DNA of 57,240 nucleotides, taken from the IMG/VR virus record IMGVR_UViG_3300046466_000088, positions 1 through 57,240 of that record. One strand, written 5' to 3'. The translations under genes were made by a program, and so were the position numbers. This DNA comes from a virus. Lineage: Duplodnaviria; Caudoviricetes. Of the stretch, positions 1-7,667 are shown piece by piece. Position 1 is the first letter of the stretch. Each line of letters starts with the position of its first letter. The notes beneath the pieces are model-generated. The model was not told the DNA's origin. It was given only the letters and a program-made list of their open reading frames with translations, and made no database searches.

Positions 1-233
1 TCCAATAGATGATAATACAAATCATCAAATAATTTTGAATCAATCACACCTTCATCAGATAGTTCCATTAAATCAAACATATCTAAATCTAAAACTTTCC
101 AATTATGTTTGTTACTTGATTCTGTCTGTGCAATTTTACTCATCAGTCATCTCCTGTCTACAAAGTTCACATAGATTGTGTCCATCATAAGCTGGTTCAT
201 CTTTGTGAAATATCTCGTTACAGTTAATACATT
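1..233. repeat. Terminal direct repeat, copy 1 (circular assembly overlap)
   Basis: Matches 57008-57240 except G128 vs T57135. Confidence 0.95.
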
Positions 234-246
234 CATAGTCACCCAT
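136..246 (-). CDS. Small zinc-finger-like protein (36 aa)
   Basis: Read manually: MGDYECINCNEIFHKDEPAYDGHNLCELCRQEMTDE; two CxxC pairs; AGGAG upstream. Confidence 0.6.
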   Translation of the reverse strand: MGDYECINCNEIFHKDEPAYDGHNLCELCRQEMTDE

Positions 247-300
247 TACTCACTCCTTTCTTTCATAATCTTTTTAACTTTCTCTTCAACTAATAAGTTT

Positions 301-438
301 TTAGTCATCATCTTCCTCCTTATCTAAATCAAATCTAATCCATATTGATGCACCTGCTTCATCACTGAAGTGTTCTACTTCTTCATAGTCAACTGGTGCA
401 TTTTCATCTAACCATTTAATAAATTCTTTTTCATTCAT
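301..438 (-). CDS. Small acidic hypothetical protein (45 aa)
   Basis: Read manually: MNEKEFIKWLDENAPVDYEEVEHF...; overlaps the stop of 431-742. Confidence 0.5.
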   Translation of the reverse strand: MNEKEFIKWLDENAPVDYEEVEHFSDEAGASIWIRFDLDKEEDDD

Positions 439-742
439 CTTCCAACTCTCCTTTCTCGTACTCTATTTCTTCGTGCAATGTGTGATTCATTGCAGTTAAT
501 AATATATGTTGAGCAGACGCAACTGAAGGTGCAGTATCGTGTATGAACTGAGCAGATACATCTGCTAGGGCACACGCAATGTCAAATCCGTGAGTCTTTC
601 TTTTAATGTGTTTGTTAATTACTTTCTCTAAGTCTTTTGCTACAATGTCCACATCAAACTCTGCATCTATAACTTTTTCTTTTTGTTTCTTTCTATGTTT
701 AGAAAGCATTCGTTTAGTTTTAAAATCAATTACTTCAGTCAT
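431..742 (-). CDS. Hypothetical early protein
   Basis: ORF track; AAGGA RBS; tight packing with neighbours. Confidence 0.7.
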   Translation of the reverse strand: MTEVIDFKTKRMLSKHRKKQKEKVIDAEFDVDIVAKDLEKVINKHIKRKTHGFDIACALADVSAQFIHDTAPSVASAQHILLTAMNHTLHEEIEYEKGELEDE

Positions 743-744
743 AG

Positions 745-954
745 TTATATTCCTTTCTTTAGTTTAGCTACTACTTCAGGTGTTTGTTCAACAATAGATT
801 CTATTTGTTCATCTTGAACATCAGTAGGATTACCAAAGTTTAATTCATCATAGTCCCCTGACCAAACTTTTTCTTCAGCTTCCTCTTCAGAGTCAGCTTC
901 TACTATACATTGCCATTCAGCAGTAGCATAGGTTGTTACAAGATATTTTTTCAC
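745..954 (-). CDS. Acidic hypothetical protein (VEADSEEEA motif common in small phage proteins)
   Basis: ORF track; AGGAG RBS, GTG start. Confidence 0.7.
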   Translation of the reverse strand: MKKYLVTTYATAEWQCIVEADSEEEAEEKVWSGDYDELNFGNPTDVQDEQIESIVEQTPEVVAKLKKGI

Positions 955-956
955 AG

Positions 957-1166
957 TTATACTCCTTTCATTTTAGTTACTGTATCATAGAATCTTGGAT
1001 TTTCCAAGATAAATTCTTCACCATCTTGATAAAATGTAATCTCTTCATTATCGTAGGCATCATCAATGATGAACTCGTCCACACCCATTTCAAGTAACTG
1101 ATTCTCAGTCATCTGTTTGCGTGTTTCTTGTGTCACATTTATTAATATAAACTTTTTATTGTTCAT
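957..1166 (-). CDS. Acidic hypothetical early protein
   Basis: ORF track; RBS. Confidence 0.65.
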   Translation of the reverse strand: MNNKKFILINVTQETRKQMTENQLLEMGVDEFIIDDAYDNEEITFYQDGEEFILENPRFYDTVTKMKGV

Positions 1167-1169
1167 AGT

Positions 1170-1385
1170 TTAGTCCTTTCTTTTCATAGTGTACTCGCCA
1201 TACTTTACTTGAGTAAAGCTAACACTATGGTTTTCAGTTAAGTATTTGCGTAACTCTGAACCCTCATAACCCTCAGTGTCACACCATTTTTTCAAGACTG
1301 GATTGTCAAACTCCATTCTTAAAATCTCTTTGGCAAAGTTATTAATCATCTGCCAATCTATTTCAGTCTTTAAATATTTACCCAT
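1170..1385 (-). CDS. Hypothetical early protein
   Basis: ORF track; AGGAG RBS. Confidence 0.65.
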   Translation of the reverse strand: MGKYLKTEIDWQMINNFAKEILRMEFDNPVLKKWCDTEGYEGSELRKYLTENHSVSFTQVKYGEYTMKRKD

Positions 1386-1399
1386 TAGTTATCTCCTTT

Positions 1400-1933
1400 C
1401 TATGTAAACCATATTGGTCTTGGTCGTTTAGTCCAATTACAAAATGGTCGCTTGTGTTTCATATAAAAATTCTGATACGCAAGTATAGGCATATGCTCTA
1501 TCTTACAATCATCAGGCATACATTGTGGCATAGGTGTTAGTTCTTTATGCTCAATGTTTTTTGGTGGATACAGAAATAAATAACTACGTCTATCCACTGC
1601 GTGTACCCTTTCATATCTATGTGTATACTCAGTTAATAGTTTATCTAATAAACTTCGTAACCATAAATAGTTTTTATGACTCTCTCTAACCCATTTATTA
1701 CTAGGGTGATTGATGTGACTAGCTAACATTAATCCCTTATCATACATTTGATTAGGGTGTTTCCATCTCTTGAGTCTTCTACCATTTTGTATAACAGTGT
1801 ACTCTTCACCATCAAGAACTCTATGAGCAGTTGATAATAACTGAGCATACTCAATACACATTTTAACAACGTGCTTGTCACAGTGTTGCTCTGCACAAAT
1901 CTGTGGGTCATCTGATAAATAAAATATATTCAT
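1400..1933 (-). CDS. Pyrimidine-dimer DNA glycosylase-like protein (T4 DenV-related family)
   Basis: MNIFYL..DP..CA..HCDKHVVKM..EYAQLLSTAH and HINHPS..W motifs typical of this phage family. Confidence 0.7.
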   Translation of the reverse strand: MNIFYLSDDPQICAEQHCDKHVVKMCIEYAQLLSTAHRVLDGEEYTVIQNGRRLKRWKHPNQMYDKGLMLASHINHPSNKWVRESHKNYLWLRSLLDKLLTEYTHRYERVHAVDRRSYLFLYPPKNIEHKELTPMPQCMPDDCKIEHMPILAYQNFYMKHKRPFCNWTKRPRPIWFT

Positions 1934-1947
1934 AGCTTTACTCCTTT

Positions 1948-2163
1948 CTAGTCTGCGAACTCATCATATATTTCAAATCTTTTTATTACAACATCTCGTA
2001 TTAAATCTTGTAATTCAAAAGAGTAACCACTTTCATCAAGTGGTATTTCAATCTTGTCTTGGTCTTGATAAGGGTCATACTCATTAAGTATGATGTCAGT
2101 AATCTCCATAGACAATTCATTGGCATCATCATATGTATGTAATTTTCTTTTTATACTAGGCAT
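1948..2163 (-). CDS. Acidic hypothetical protein
   Basis: ORF track 1948-2220; likely start MPSIKRK at 2163. Confidence 0.55.
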   Translation of the reverse strand: MPSIKRKLHTYDDANELSMEITDIILNEYDPYQDQDKIEIPLDESGYSFELQDLIRDVVIKRFEIYDEFAD

Positions 2164-2404
2164 TTCTGTCCTCCATAAATTGTTGCTGTCTTGTAGAAAA
2201 ATTAGACATAAATTTTTCATAAATTTTACTTCCTAAATTATGTTTTCCAATAATCATACACAAAGATTCTAAGTAACCCACATCATAGGCAATAGTATCA
2301 TACTGACCATCTTCAAGAAGAGTTTCATAATCTTTATTTAATTCTTTATAAATCTCAACAATAGTATTTCTTATTTCTTTTTCTGTATAGTTAACCATAA
2401 TCAT
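2156..2404 (-). CDS. Hypothetical protein
   Basis: ORF track; AAAGGA RBS. Confidence 0.6.
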   Translation of the reverse strand: MIMVNYTEKEIRNTIVEIYKELNKDYETLLEDGQYDTIAYDVGYLESLCMIIGKHNLGSKIYEKFMSNFSTRQQQFMEDRNA

Positions 2405-2412
2405 AGTCCTTT

Positions 2413-2502
2413 CTATATTGGTAGCACTTGGTTGCTATGCCATAAGGCATACATAGCTAGACCAAATGCTAGTATTAATTTTAATAGTAGTCTATCGTAC
2501 AT
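2413..2502 (-). CDS. Small membrane peptide (29 aa)
   Basis: Read manually: MYDRLLLKLILAFGLAMYALWHSNQVLPI; fills the gap between neighbours. Confidence 0.45.
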   Translation of the reverse strand: MYDRLLLKLILAFGLAMYALWHSNQVLPI

Positions 2503-2761
2503 ATTCATCTCGCCATTCAGGTGTAGACCCTACAAGTTCAGCACCTGCACCTATGATTTCATTGATGTATGCATCTCCATACTCCCACGAACCATATGTG
2601 AATGGTGAACGACACGCAGTGTACCACCTTGCGTAAGAGTTTTTCTTTTCATTGTCTGCACTTTGATAGGTCTTTAGCACTACCCACTCAAAGCCATCAA
2701 GTTTATATCTTGCATAAGGTGAATCCACCTTTACAGTCTTACCAAATTTATTTTTTGCCAT
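2492..2761 (-). CDS. Hypothetical phage protein
   Basis: Likely start MAKNKFGKT with AGGAG RBS, inside ORF 2492-2872. Confidence 0.65.
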   Translation of the reverse strand: MAKNKFGKTVKVDSPYARYKLDGFEWVVLKTYQSADNEKKNSYARWYTACRSPFTYGSWEYGDAYINEIIGAGAELVGSTPEWRDEYVR

Positions 2762-2885
2762 ACTTTTTCTCCTTTTGTTGGTCAAAATATTTATCAAGTT
2801 TCTTAAAGAAACTCTCGTTAATAATGTCTGACAGTTCAGTACAAACCTTTGGTGGTAGGTCTGAACTGCCATATAGTTTTATGGA
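2748..2885 (-). CDS. Possible small hypothetical protein (3' part of ORF 2748-3065)
   Basis: Fills the gap between 2887-3072 and 2761; start codon not identified, so the 5' boundary is approximate. Confidence 0.25.
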   Translation of the reverse strand, partial: SIKLYGSSDLPPKVCTELSDIINESFFKKLDKYFDQQKEKKYGKK

Positions 2886-2886
2886 A

Positions 2887-3072
2887 CTACTCATCATCAG
2901 TAACTCCACACTTGGACATAATGTATGCCCTAGCGACAGACTTTTTGTCTTCGCCAAATCTATCACCAATCTTGGTGACAATGTCAGACATAGCCCAACC
3001 CCTAATCTTGGGGTCAGACTTACCATCTGCCATAAGTTTTTCAATAACTTGAAAAATAAAATCATTATCCAT
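2887..3072 (-). CDS. Hypothetical protein
   Basis: AAAGGAG RBS; lies downstream of palindrome 1. Confidence 0.65.
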   Translation of the reverse strand: MDNDFIFQVIEKLMADGKSDPKIRGWAMSDIVTKIGDRFGEDKKSVARAYIMSKCGVTDDE

Positions 3073-3114
3073 AATTAAACTCCTTTGTCAATGGATTGTT
3101 AATATTACATAAAT

Positions 3115-3145
3115 AAATACTACTTCATTATATTCAGTAGTATTT
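3115..3145. promoter_or_regulatory. Conserved 31-bp palindrome, copy 1
   Basis: AAATACTACT-TCATTATATTC-AGTAGTATTT. Confidence 0.8.
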
Positions 3146-3146
3146 T

Positions 3147-3485
3147 TTATGGTTGCTCACTTGCTCTGAGTTCTTGGACATCTTCATTCAGAAGATTGTA
3201 CAAGTATTCATCTGCAAATTCGTCAAAGTATTCTGCTTCTTCAGAGAGCATTTGGAACTCTCCAAAATGTACTTCGTGCATATGCCATACTCTGTCTATG
3301 ATTTCATTAAAAAGACACGCAACTACTAATCTATCTGAAGCGAACTCTTCAAAGTTAAACTTGGTAAGTTTCTTACCATTGTAGATGAATGTGCGTGTTT
3401 CTTCATCATACAATCTAGCAAGATGATATTCTATTTCAGAATATAAATCTTCTTTCATTTTTAAATGTTGATTTGACATAGTCAA
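3147..3485 (-). CDS. Acidic hypothetical protein
   Basis: ORF track; AAAGGAG RBS; D/E-rich C-terminal half. Confidence 0.7.
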   Translation of the reverse strand: MTMSNQHLKMKEDLYSEIEYHLARLYDEETRTFIYNGKKLTKFNFEEFASDRLVVACLFNEIIDRVWHMHEVHFGEFQMLSEEAEYFDEFADEYLYNLLNEDVQELRASEQP

Positions 3486-3500
3486 ACTCCTTTCTTTTTG

Positions 3501-3875
3501 TTATGCCACATAATATATCTGGCTTGTTTGTCTACCTACAAAATGTCTTTTTGAAAGTAGAACTTGTTTAGCTTTAGCTAATGGTTTATTAGAGTGAGCA
3601 TCAACAAAGCTACTGTACTTATAAGGATTATAAGTAGCTAACTTGATAGGTAATCTGGGTACAAACTCACTCACCCAAGTGCCTACGACATATGCGTGGA
3701 CATTCTTTTTCTGCTCACGCAACACTCGTTGTCTGCCTTTCTCTGACACTTTGAACTGTGCATCAAACAATGGCACACAGTTCTCGTGTTTGATTACTTT
3801 ACCATAGTTCTCTTTCTCAAGAGAAACGATAGAGTAACATTTCTTATGTAAGTTATAGTAAACTTTAACTTTCAT
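3501..3875 (-). CDS. Conserved hypothetical phage protein
   Basis: VYYNLHKK..S and VSEKGRQRVLREQKKNVHAYV pattern recurrent in phages; GGAGG RBS. Confidence 0.7.
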   Translation of the reverse strand: MKVKVYYNLHKKCYSIVSLEKENYGKVIKHENCVPLFDAQFKVSEKGRQRVLREQKKNVHAYVVGTWVSEFVPRLPIKLATYNPYKYSSFVDAHSNKPLAKAKQVLLSKRHFVGRQTSQIYYVA

Positions 3876-4028
3876 TCTATCACCTCCAAAAGTTTTTCCA
3901 ATGCTGAACCTTTAAACTTTTTAGAAGTAAAAGTTTCCATTGGAAGACCCTTGTAAACAAGAGCCTTCAAATGTTTGTGTTGACTACTCGTCAACTGTAT
4001 GTGTTTGTATATCATACGATTTTCCTTT

Positions 4029-4286
4029 CTATCTTGGGTTAATTCTGAAGTCTTTCAACCAATCAGATAACCATTTGAGTTGTTCAAACTCACTCACTTT
4101 TGAGTGCATTAGGTTATTTTTCCACAAATCCCTATTGGAATCTTCTAAATCCCAACCTATTTGCTGAAGTTCTTCAGCCATAGATTCAAACTCAGGGTTA
4201 AGTTCTTCAAGTCTAGCTTGAATCTTTTCAACCCTTTCGTCTATGTCATCAGGTAATGCTGATGTAAAGGTTATTTTTCTAGCCAT
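4029..4286 (-). CDS. Coiled-coil hypothetical protein
   Basis: ORF track; AAAGGAG RBS. Confidence 0.65.
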   Translation of the reverse strand: MARKITFTSALPDDIDERVEKIQARLEELNPEFESMAEELQQIGWDLEDSNRDLWKNNLMHSKVSEFEQLKWLSDWLKDFRINPR

Positions 4287-4318
4287 ATCAAACTCCTTTC
4301 AGCTAGGTTAATATATAA

Positions 4319-4349
4319 AAATACTACTTCATAATATTCAGTAGTATTT
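4319..4349. promoter_or_regulatory. Conserved 31-bp palindrome, copy 2
   Basis: AAATACTACT-TCATAATATTC-AGTAGTATTT. Confidence 0.8.
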
Positions 4350-4370
4350 ATATATACCAACTCAAAATGT

Positions 4371-4405
4371 GGTGCAGTTCTGAGCTTTCACTCAAGGTCT
4401 GCACC
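4371..4405 (-). other. GC-rich RNA hairpin with GAAA tetraloop
   Basis: Minus strand GGTGCAG-acct-TGAGT-gaaa-GCTCA-gaa-CTGCACC. Confidence 0.45.
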
Positions 4406-4455
4406 TTACCCATACTACATAGCATACCACCTTTCGTAATGCAAGTTTTATTTAT

Positions 4456-4578
4456 TTACTTAGAAATAAATCTGCCACTTACTGGGTCGTGTTTAACTGA
4501 CAAATAACCTTGATTATTTGAAAATGTACCAACTTTGCTATATCTGTTGGTCGTTCTTTGTCTATATAATTTATGCAT
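4456..4578 (-). CDS. Small basic peptide (40 aa)
   Basis: Read manually: MHKLYRQRTTNRYSKVGTFSNNQGYLSVKHDPVSGRFISK; GAAAGG upstream. Confidence 0.5.
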   Translation of the reverse strand: MHKLYRQRTTNRYSKVGTFSNNQGYLSVKHDPVSGRFISK

Positions 4579-4591
4579 AAATTATACCTTT

Positions 4592-5335
4592 CTAGTGTTG
4601 ATAAATTGCAACACTCTTTGCGTTAATATTTGAACCACTACATAACACACATTGTTCGCAGGTGGTTCGTTTTCCTGCTTCCTTAGAAGCTGGACAAAGT
4701 ACCTCATTCTTAGAATCAAGTACCTCGTTCTTTTGTAGGACTCTAAAAGTCCTAAATCCTCTTGACCAAAACTGTTTGGATTCTTCGTAAGAATCTGCAG
4801 ACATCATACATTGGTCTGCTCGTACATCTGCACTTCCAATCTTTGATTGGTGAGTGTAGCCAGTATGCTTCTTCGCTTTGGATAGTAAACTATCCCAGAT
4901 GTAAGAAGGTACTGCACTTGGGTCGCCATAAGTACCAAGTCTTATGACTTGATTTTCGCCTAGACTTTGTATGTCATTATGGTGATTAACTACTTTGTAG
5001 TTACCTTTCATAAATGACTTGTAGGTTGCCAATACACCTTGAAACAATTTAACATAACAAGTTCTGTTAATCGCTTGTTTTCTGTTTGGGTCATTCGTAG
5101 GTGTACCCCTATGCTTACAGTTGCCACAGATTGAATAATCTGCACCAGTCTTACTGGCTAACATTGGGTCTATATCACTACGAATGATATAAGTTTGAGC
5201 CATATTGCCAGTTTTTTTGTTTTTACTTCCATTGAAGTAAATCACTACAATATCTTCACCATCAATCAAAGATTGACCTTGATATATTATCGTACCAGTC
5301 ATATTACAAATCCCATTCGTTATAAGCAAAGTCAA
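4592..5335 (-). CDS. Cys-rich conserved phage protein, possibly Fe-S binding or radical-SAM-like
   Basis: CGNC...CY, RLGTYGDP, GYTHQ, CPA...TCEQCVLC; true start probably 5302. Confidence 0.55.
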   Translation of the reverse strand: MTLLITNGICNMTGTIIYQGQSLIDGEDIVVIYFNGSKNKKTGNMAQTYIIRSDIDPMLASKTGADYSICGNCKHRGTPTNDPNRKQAINRTCYVKLFQGVLATYKSFMKGNYKVVNHHNDIQSLGENQVIRLGTYGDPSAVPSYIWDSLLSKAKKHTGYTHQSKIGSADVRADQCMMSADSYEESKQFWSRGFRTFRVLQKNEVLDSKNEVLCPASKEAGKRTTCEQCVLCSGSNINAKSVAIYQH

Positions 5336-5513
5336 TGCTTTGCATTGGTGTCATACCTTGTTGCCTAGCTTTGGTAAAGCTATCTGCAACTTCGTACTCA
5401 AGACCATAAGGTCTAGCAGTTTTAAACAGTACCAATAGAAATTGGTAATGATGATTTTTAGTTGGTAGTAATTCCAAAGGAATTAATTGCGTTAGTGTGT
5501 TGTAATCGTACAT
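5304..5513 (-). CDS. Hypothetical protein
   Basis: ORF track; GAAAGGTG RBS. Confidence 0.65.
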   Translation of the reverse strand: MYDYNTLTQLIPLELLPTKNHHYQFLLVLFKTARPYGLEYEVADSFTKARQQGMTPMQSIDFAYNEWDL

Positions 5514-5550
5514 AAGTCACCTTTCAGTTGGTCGTTAATATTTAATAAAT

Positions 5551-5581
5551 AAATACTACTTCGTTATACTCAGTAGTATTT
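5551..5581. promoter_or_regulatory. Conserved 31-bp palindrome, copy 3
   Basis: AAATACTACT-TCGTTATACTC-AGTAGTATTT. Confidence 0.8.
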
Positions 5582-5585
5582 TTTA

Positions 5586-5768
5586 TTATTCAAGTCCCTT
5601 TGCCATTCCCATTCCAAAGAATGCAACAGTACAAATCCCATAACCCATAAAACTATCTAAGAAACTTGTAGGTTGTTCTATGAACAATAGGCATATACCA
5701 CTTGTGGCACACATAAAGAAACAAAATAAACTTATCCAAAGATAAGTTGTTGGTTTTAAATTAAACAT
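5586..5768 (-). CDS. Small membrane protein with two transmembrane segments
   Basis: Two hydrophobic stretches; AAAGGA RBS. Confidence 0.6.
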   Translation of the reverse strand: MFNLKPTTYLWISLFCFFMCATSGICLLFIEQPTSFLDSFMGYGICTVAFFGMGMAKGLE

Positions 5769-5771
5769 AGT

Positions 5772-5876
5772 TTAAGTCCTTTTTTTTAGGGTTACTATCA
5801 TTGATGATTTGGTAGGAAATTTTATTTCCTTTATCCAAACTTTCTTTTTAAAGTTTGCTATTTCTATTTTTGACAT
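5772..5876 (-). CDS. Small basic peptide (34 aa), first gene of the leftward unit
   Basis: Read manually: MSKIEIANFKKKVWIKEIKFPTKSSMIVTLKKRT; same AAAGGACTTAAACTATG leader as the next gene. Confidence 0.45.
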   Translation of the reverse strand: MSKIEIANFKKKVWIKEIKFPTKSSMIVTLKKRT

Positions 5877-5906
5877 AGTTTAAGTCCTTTCAGTTAGTTA
5901 TAACTC

Positions 5907-5935
5907 AACATAATTGAGTTAAATTAGTATGTCAA
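5907..5935 (-). promoter_or_regulatory. Sigma70-type early promoter
   Basis: TTGACA-17 bp-TATGTT. Confidence 0.55.
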
Positions 5936-6051
5936 GTATTAATTAAAAATTAATCGCTGAGTTTCACTTGCGTTGCACCCTTGCCCAACTGCCTAGATGC
6001 AAGAGAGCAAAGGGAACAACTTGGGAGGAAACCAAGAGATATATATATAAT

Positions 6052-6082
6052 AAATACTACTTCATTACATTCAGTAGTATTT
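6052..6082. promoter_or_regulatory. Conserved 31-bp palindrome, copy 4
   Basis: AAATACTACT-TCATTACATTC-AGTAGTATTT. Confidence 0.8.
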
Positions 6083-6192
6083 TTATATAACTGCATTGAA
6101 AACATTGAAGAAAATGTAGTTGAAGACTACATTATATGCATTTGCATAGCACTTACACAGACTTGCACAGGTTATGCACACACTCACGACCT

Positions 6193-6312
6193 GTCAAAAA
6201 GTTGACGTCAAAGAATTGACATAGAATATGTCAAAGAACTGACACAAAGTGTCAAAGAATTGACGAAATGGAACCTTAAATCGTAGATTTAGAGAGGTGT
6301 CAGAAAATTGAC
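6193..6312. repeat. Five 14-bp GTCAA-N4-TTGAC boxes
   Basis: 6193-6206, 6207-6220, 6230-6243, 6251-6264, 6299-6312; two carry one mismatch. Confidence 0.85.
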
Positions 6313-6617
6313 GAAGGGGGACGGAAAAAACTGCCTTGCACATATATATATAAAAAGGGTACCCCAAAAAAATTAGGGAGAAAATGGAGTTATAGTTGTT
6401 GATAATGATTATTAATGGGGGAGTCCTCTAAATAGATGTACACAACTATGCACGAGGGATGCAATAGAGTCTATATAGTTATGTGTTATGTGATTTGTGT
6501 TCCCTACAGGTATACCTTTACCCCTGGAAACTTAGTAATAAGTATATCATACTTTCTTAAAACTCGCAATAGTATTTTTTTCTTTTTTATAAACACATTA
6601 TAGTGTATAATACAATA

Positions 6618-7316
6618 ATGAAAAAGCAACCTAAACATTTATTGTATGCTCATTTAGATGATTCAGGTCTCAGAGACTTAATTAAAGAGACGGCAGCCAC
6701 CAGAAAAAAGGTAAACGCAGGTAGAGACTTAATTGAGATGAGACGTGAGTACATGAGAAGAGTTGAAGAGAGGAGATTTAAGATGACAGAGAAGAAAGCT
6801 AAGAAGTTACCTGAAGGACAAAAGGTGCAGATGCTAAAGAATGCACAACAGAAGTATCAGAACTTTGCAAAGAACACATTACCTAGTGGACTATCAGCTA
6901 TGCAAGAGAAGTTCTGTTTAGAATACACAGCTACAGGTGACGTATTAAGTGCGTATCGTTCAGCAGGTTATAAAGATTTAAATAATGATGCAAAGACTCG
7001 TGCTGAAGCTAAACGATTATTAAAGAATGATAAGATTGAAGAAAGATGTAATCAAATAAGACTGGACGCAATGAAGGACGTAAGTCTTAATATTAATGAA
7101 GTTGTAAAAAAGTTTATGAAAGTTTATGAAAGAGGTATGGAAGAAAATGATTTAACTAACTCTAATAGAGCAATGGAGTTTATTGGTAAACATCTAGGTA
7201 TGTTAATTGAACGTCAAGAAATTAAACAGGACATTACAACTAAATCACCTGAAGAATTAGAACGTGAGATAAAACATTATGAAAATGTCGTTAAACTTGA
7301 AAAGATTAATAAATAA
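6618..7316 (+). CDS. terS: Terminase small subunit
   Basis: LSAMQEKFCLEY...AYRSAGY...AKRLL HTH pattern and RAMEFIGKHLGM; upstream of terL; alternative start 6783. Confidence 0.8.
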   Translation: MKKQPKHLLYAHLDDSGLRDLIKETAATRKKVNAGRDLIEMRREYMRRVEERRFKMTEKKAKKLPEGQKVQMLKNAQQKYQNFAKNTLPSGLSAMQEKFCLEYTATGDVLSAYRSAGYKDLNNDAKTRAEAKRLLKNDKIEERCNQIRLDAMKDVSLNINEVVKKFMKVYERGMEENDLTNSNRAMEFIGKHLGMLIERQEIKQDITTKSPEELEREIKHYENVVKLEKINK

Positions 7317-7530
7317 AGTTATTAAATATTTTTATTATATATCTCTAGCTTTTTTAATTAGTTGGATTTTATATATGTTTTCTATGGCAGGATGGAATAC
7401 ATTTTGTAAAGGATGTCCAGTTAAGTGGTACACAACAAATGTTCAACCATATATACCTAGACCTGAACCTAAACCTGAACCACCTATTATAGAAGATGAT
7501 GAAGACTGGGAAGATTCAGAATGGGAATAA
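7279..7530 (+). CDS. Small membrane protein with Pro-rich, acidic tail
   Basis: TM segment followed by PRPEPKPEPP and DDEDWEDSEWE. Confidence 0.55.
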   Translation: MKMSLNLKRLINKVIKYFYYISLAFLISWILYMFSMAGWNTFCKGCPVKWYTTNVQPYIPRPEPKPEPPIIEDDEDWEDSEWE

Positions 7531-7667
7531 AAATAATTAAGGGGACTACATATTGGTTTATACCTTCAAACTTTGAACGAAGAATAAAACCAAGAGAATA
7601 TAAATCACCTGTTGTTTCATGGACAAGTAAAATATCAAATGCTACAAGTAAACGAAAACTTAATTAA
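7521..7667 (+). CDS. Small basic hypothetical protein (48 aa)
   Basis: Read manually: MGIKIIKGTTYWFIPSNFERRIKPREYKSP... Confidence 0.4.
   Translation: MGIKIIKGTTYWFIPSNFERRIKPREYKSPVVSWTSKISNATSKRKLN

Noticed and set aside
2420-2472. Long imperfect hairpin as an ncRNA
   Set aside because: Explained about as well by a 29-aa membrane ORF; single copy
4371-4405. tRNA
   Set aside because: Only 35 nt, with no D, anticodon or T arms
2602-4947. + strand ORFs in the early region
   Set aside because: Antisense to well-supported genes with RBSs
3115-6082. Palindromic repeats as a CRISPR array
   Set aside because: Copies are 0.5-1.2 kb apart and separated by genes; no cas operon
5981-6205. 74-aa ORF in the control region
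   Set aside because: TTG start without RBS; runs through regulatory repeats
6193-6312. GTCAA-N4-TTGAC cluster as a mini-CRISPR
   Set aside because: Units are 14 bp with 0-34 bp irregular gaps
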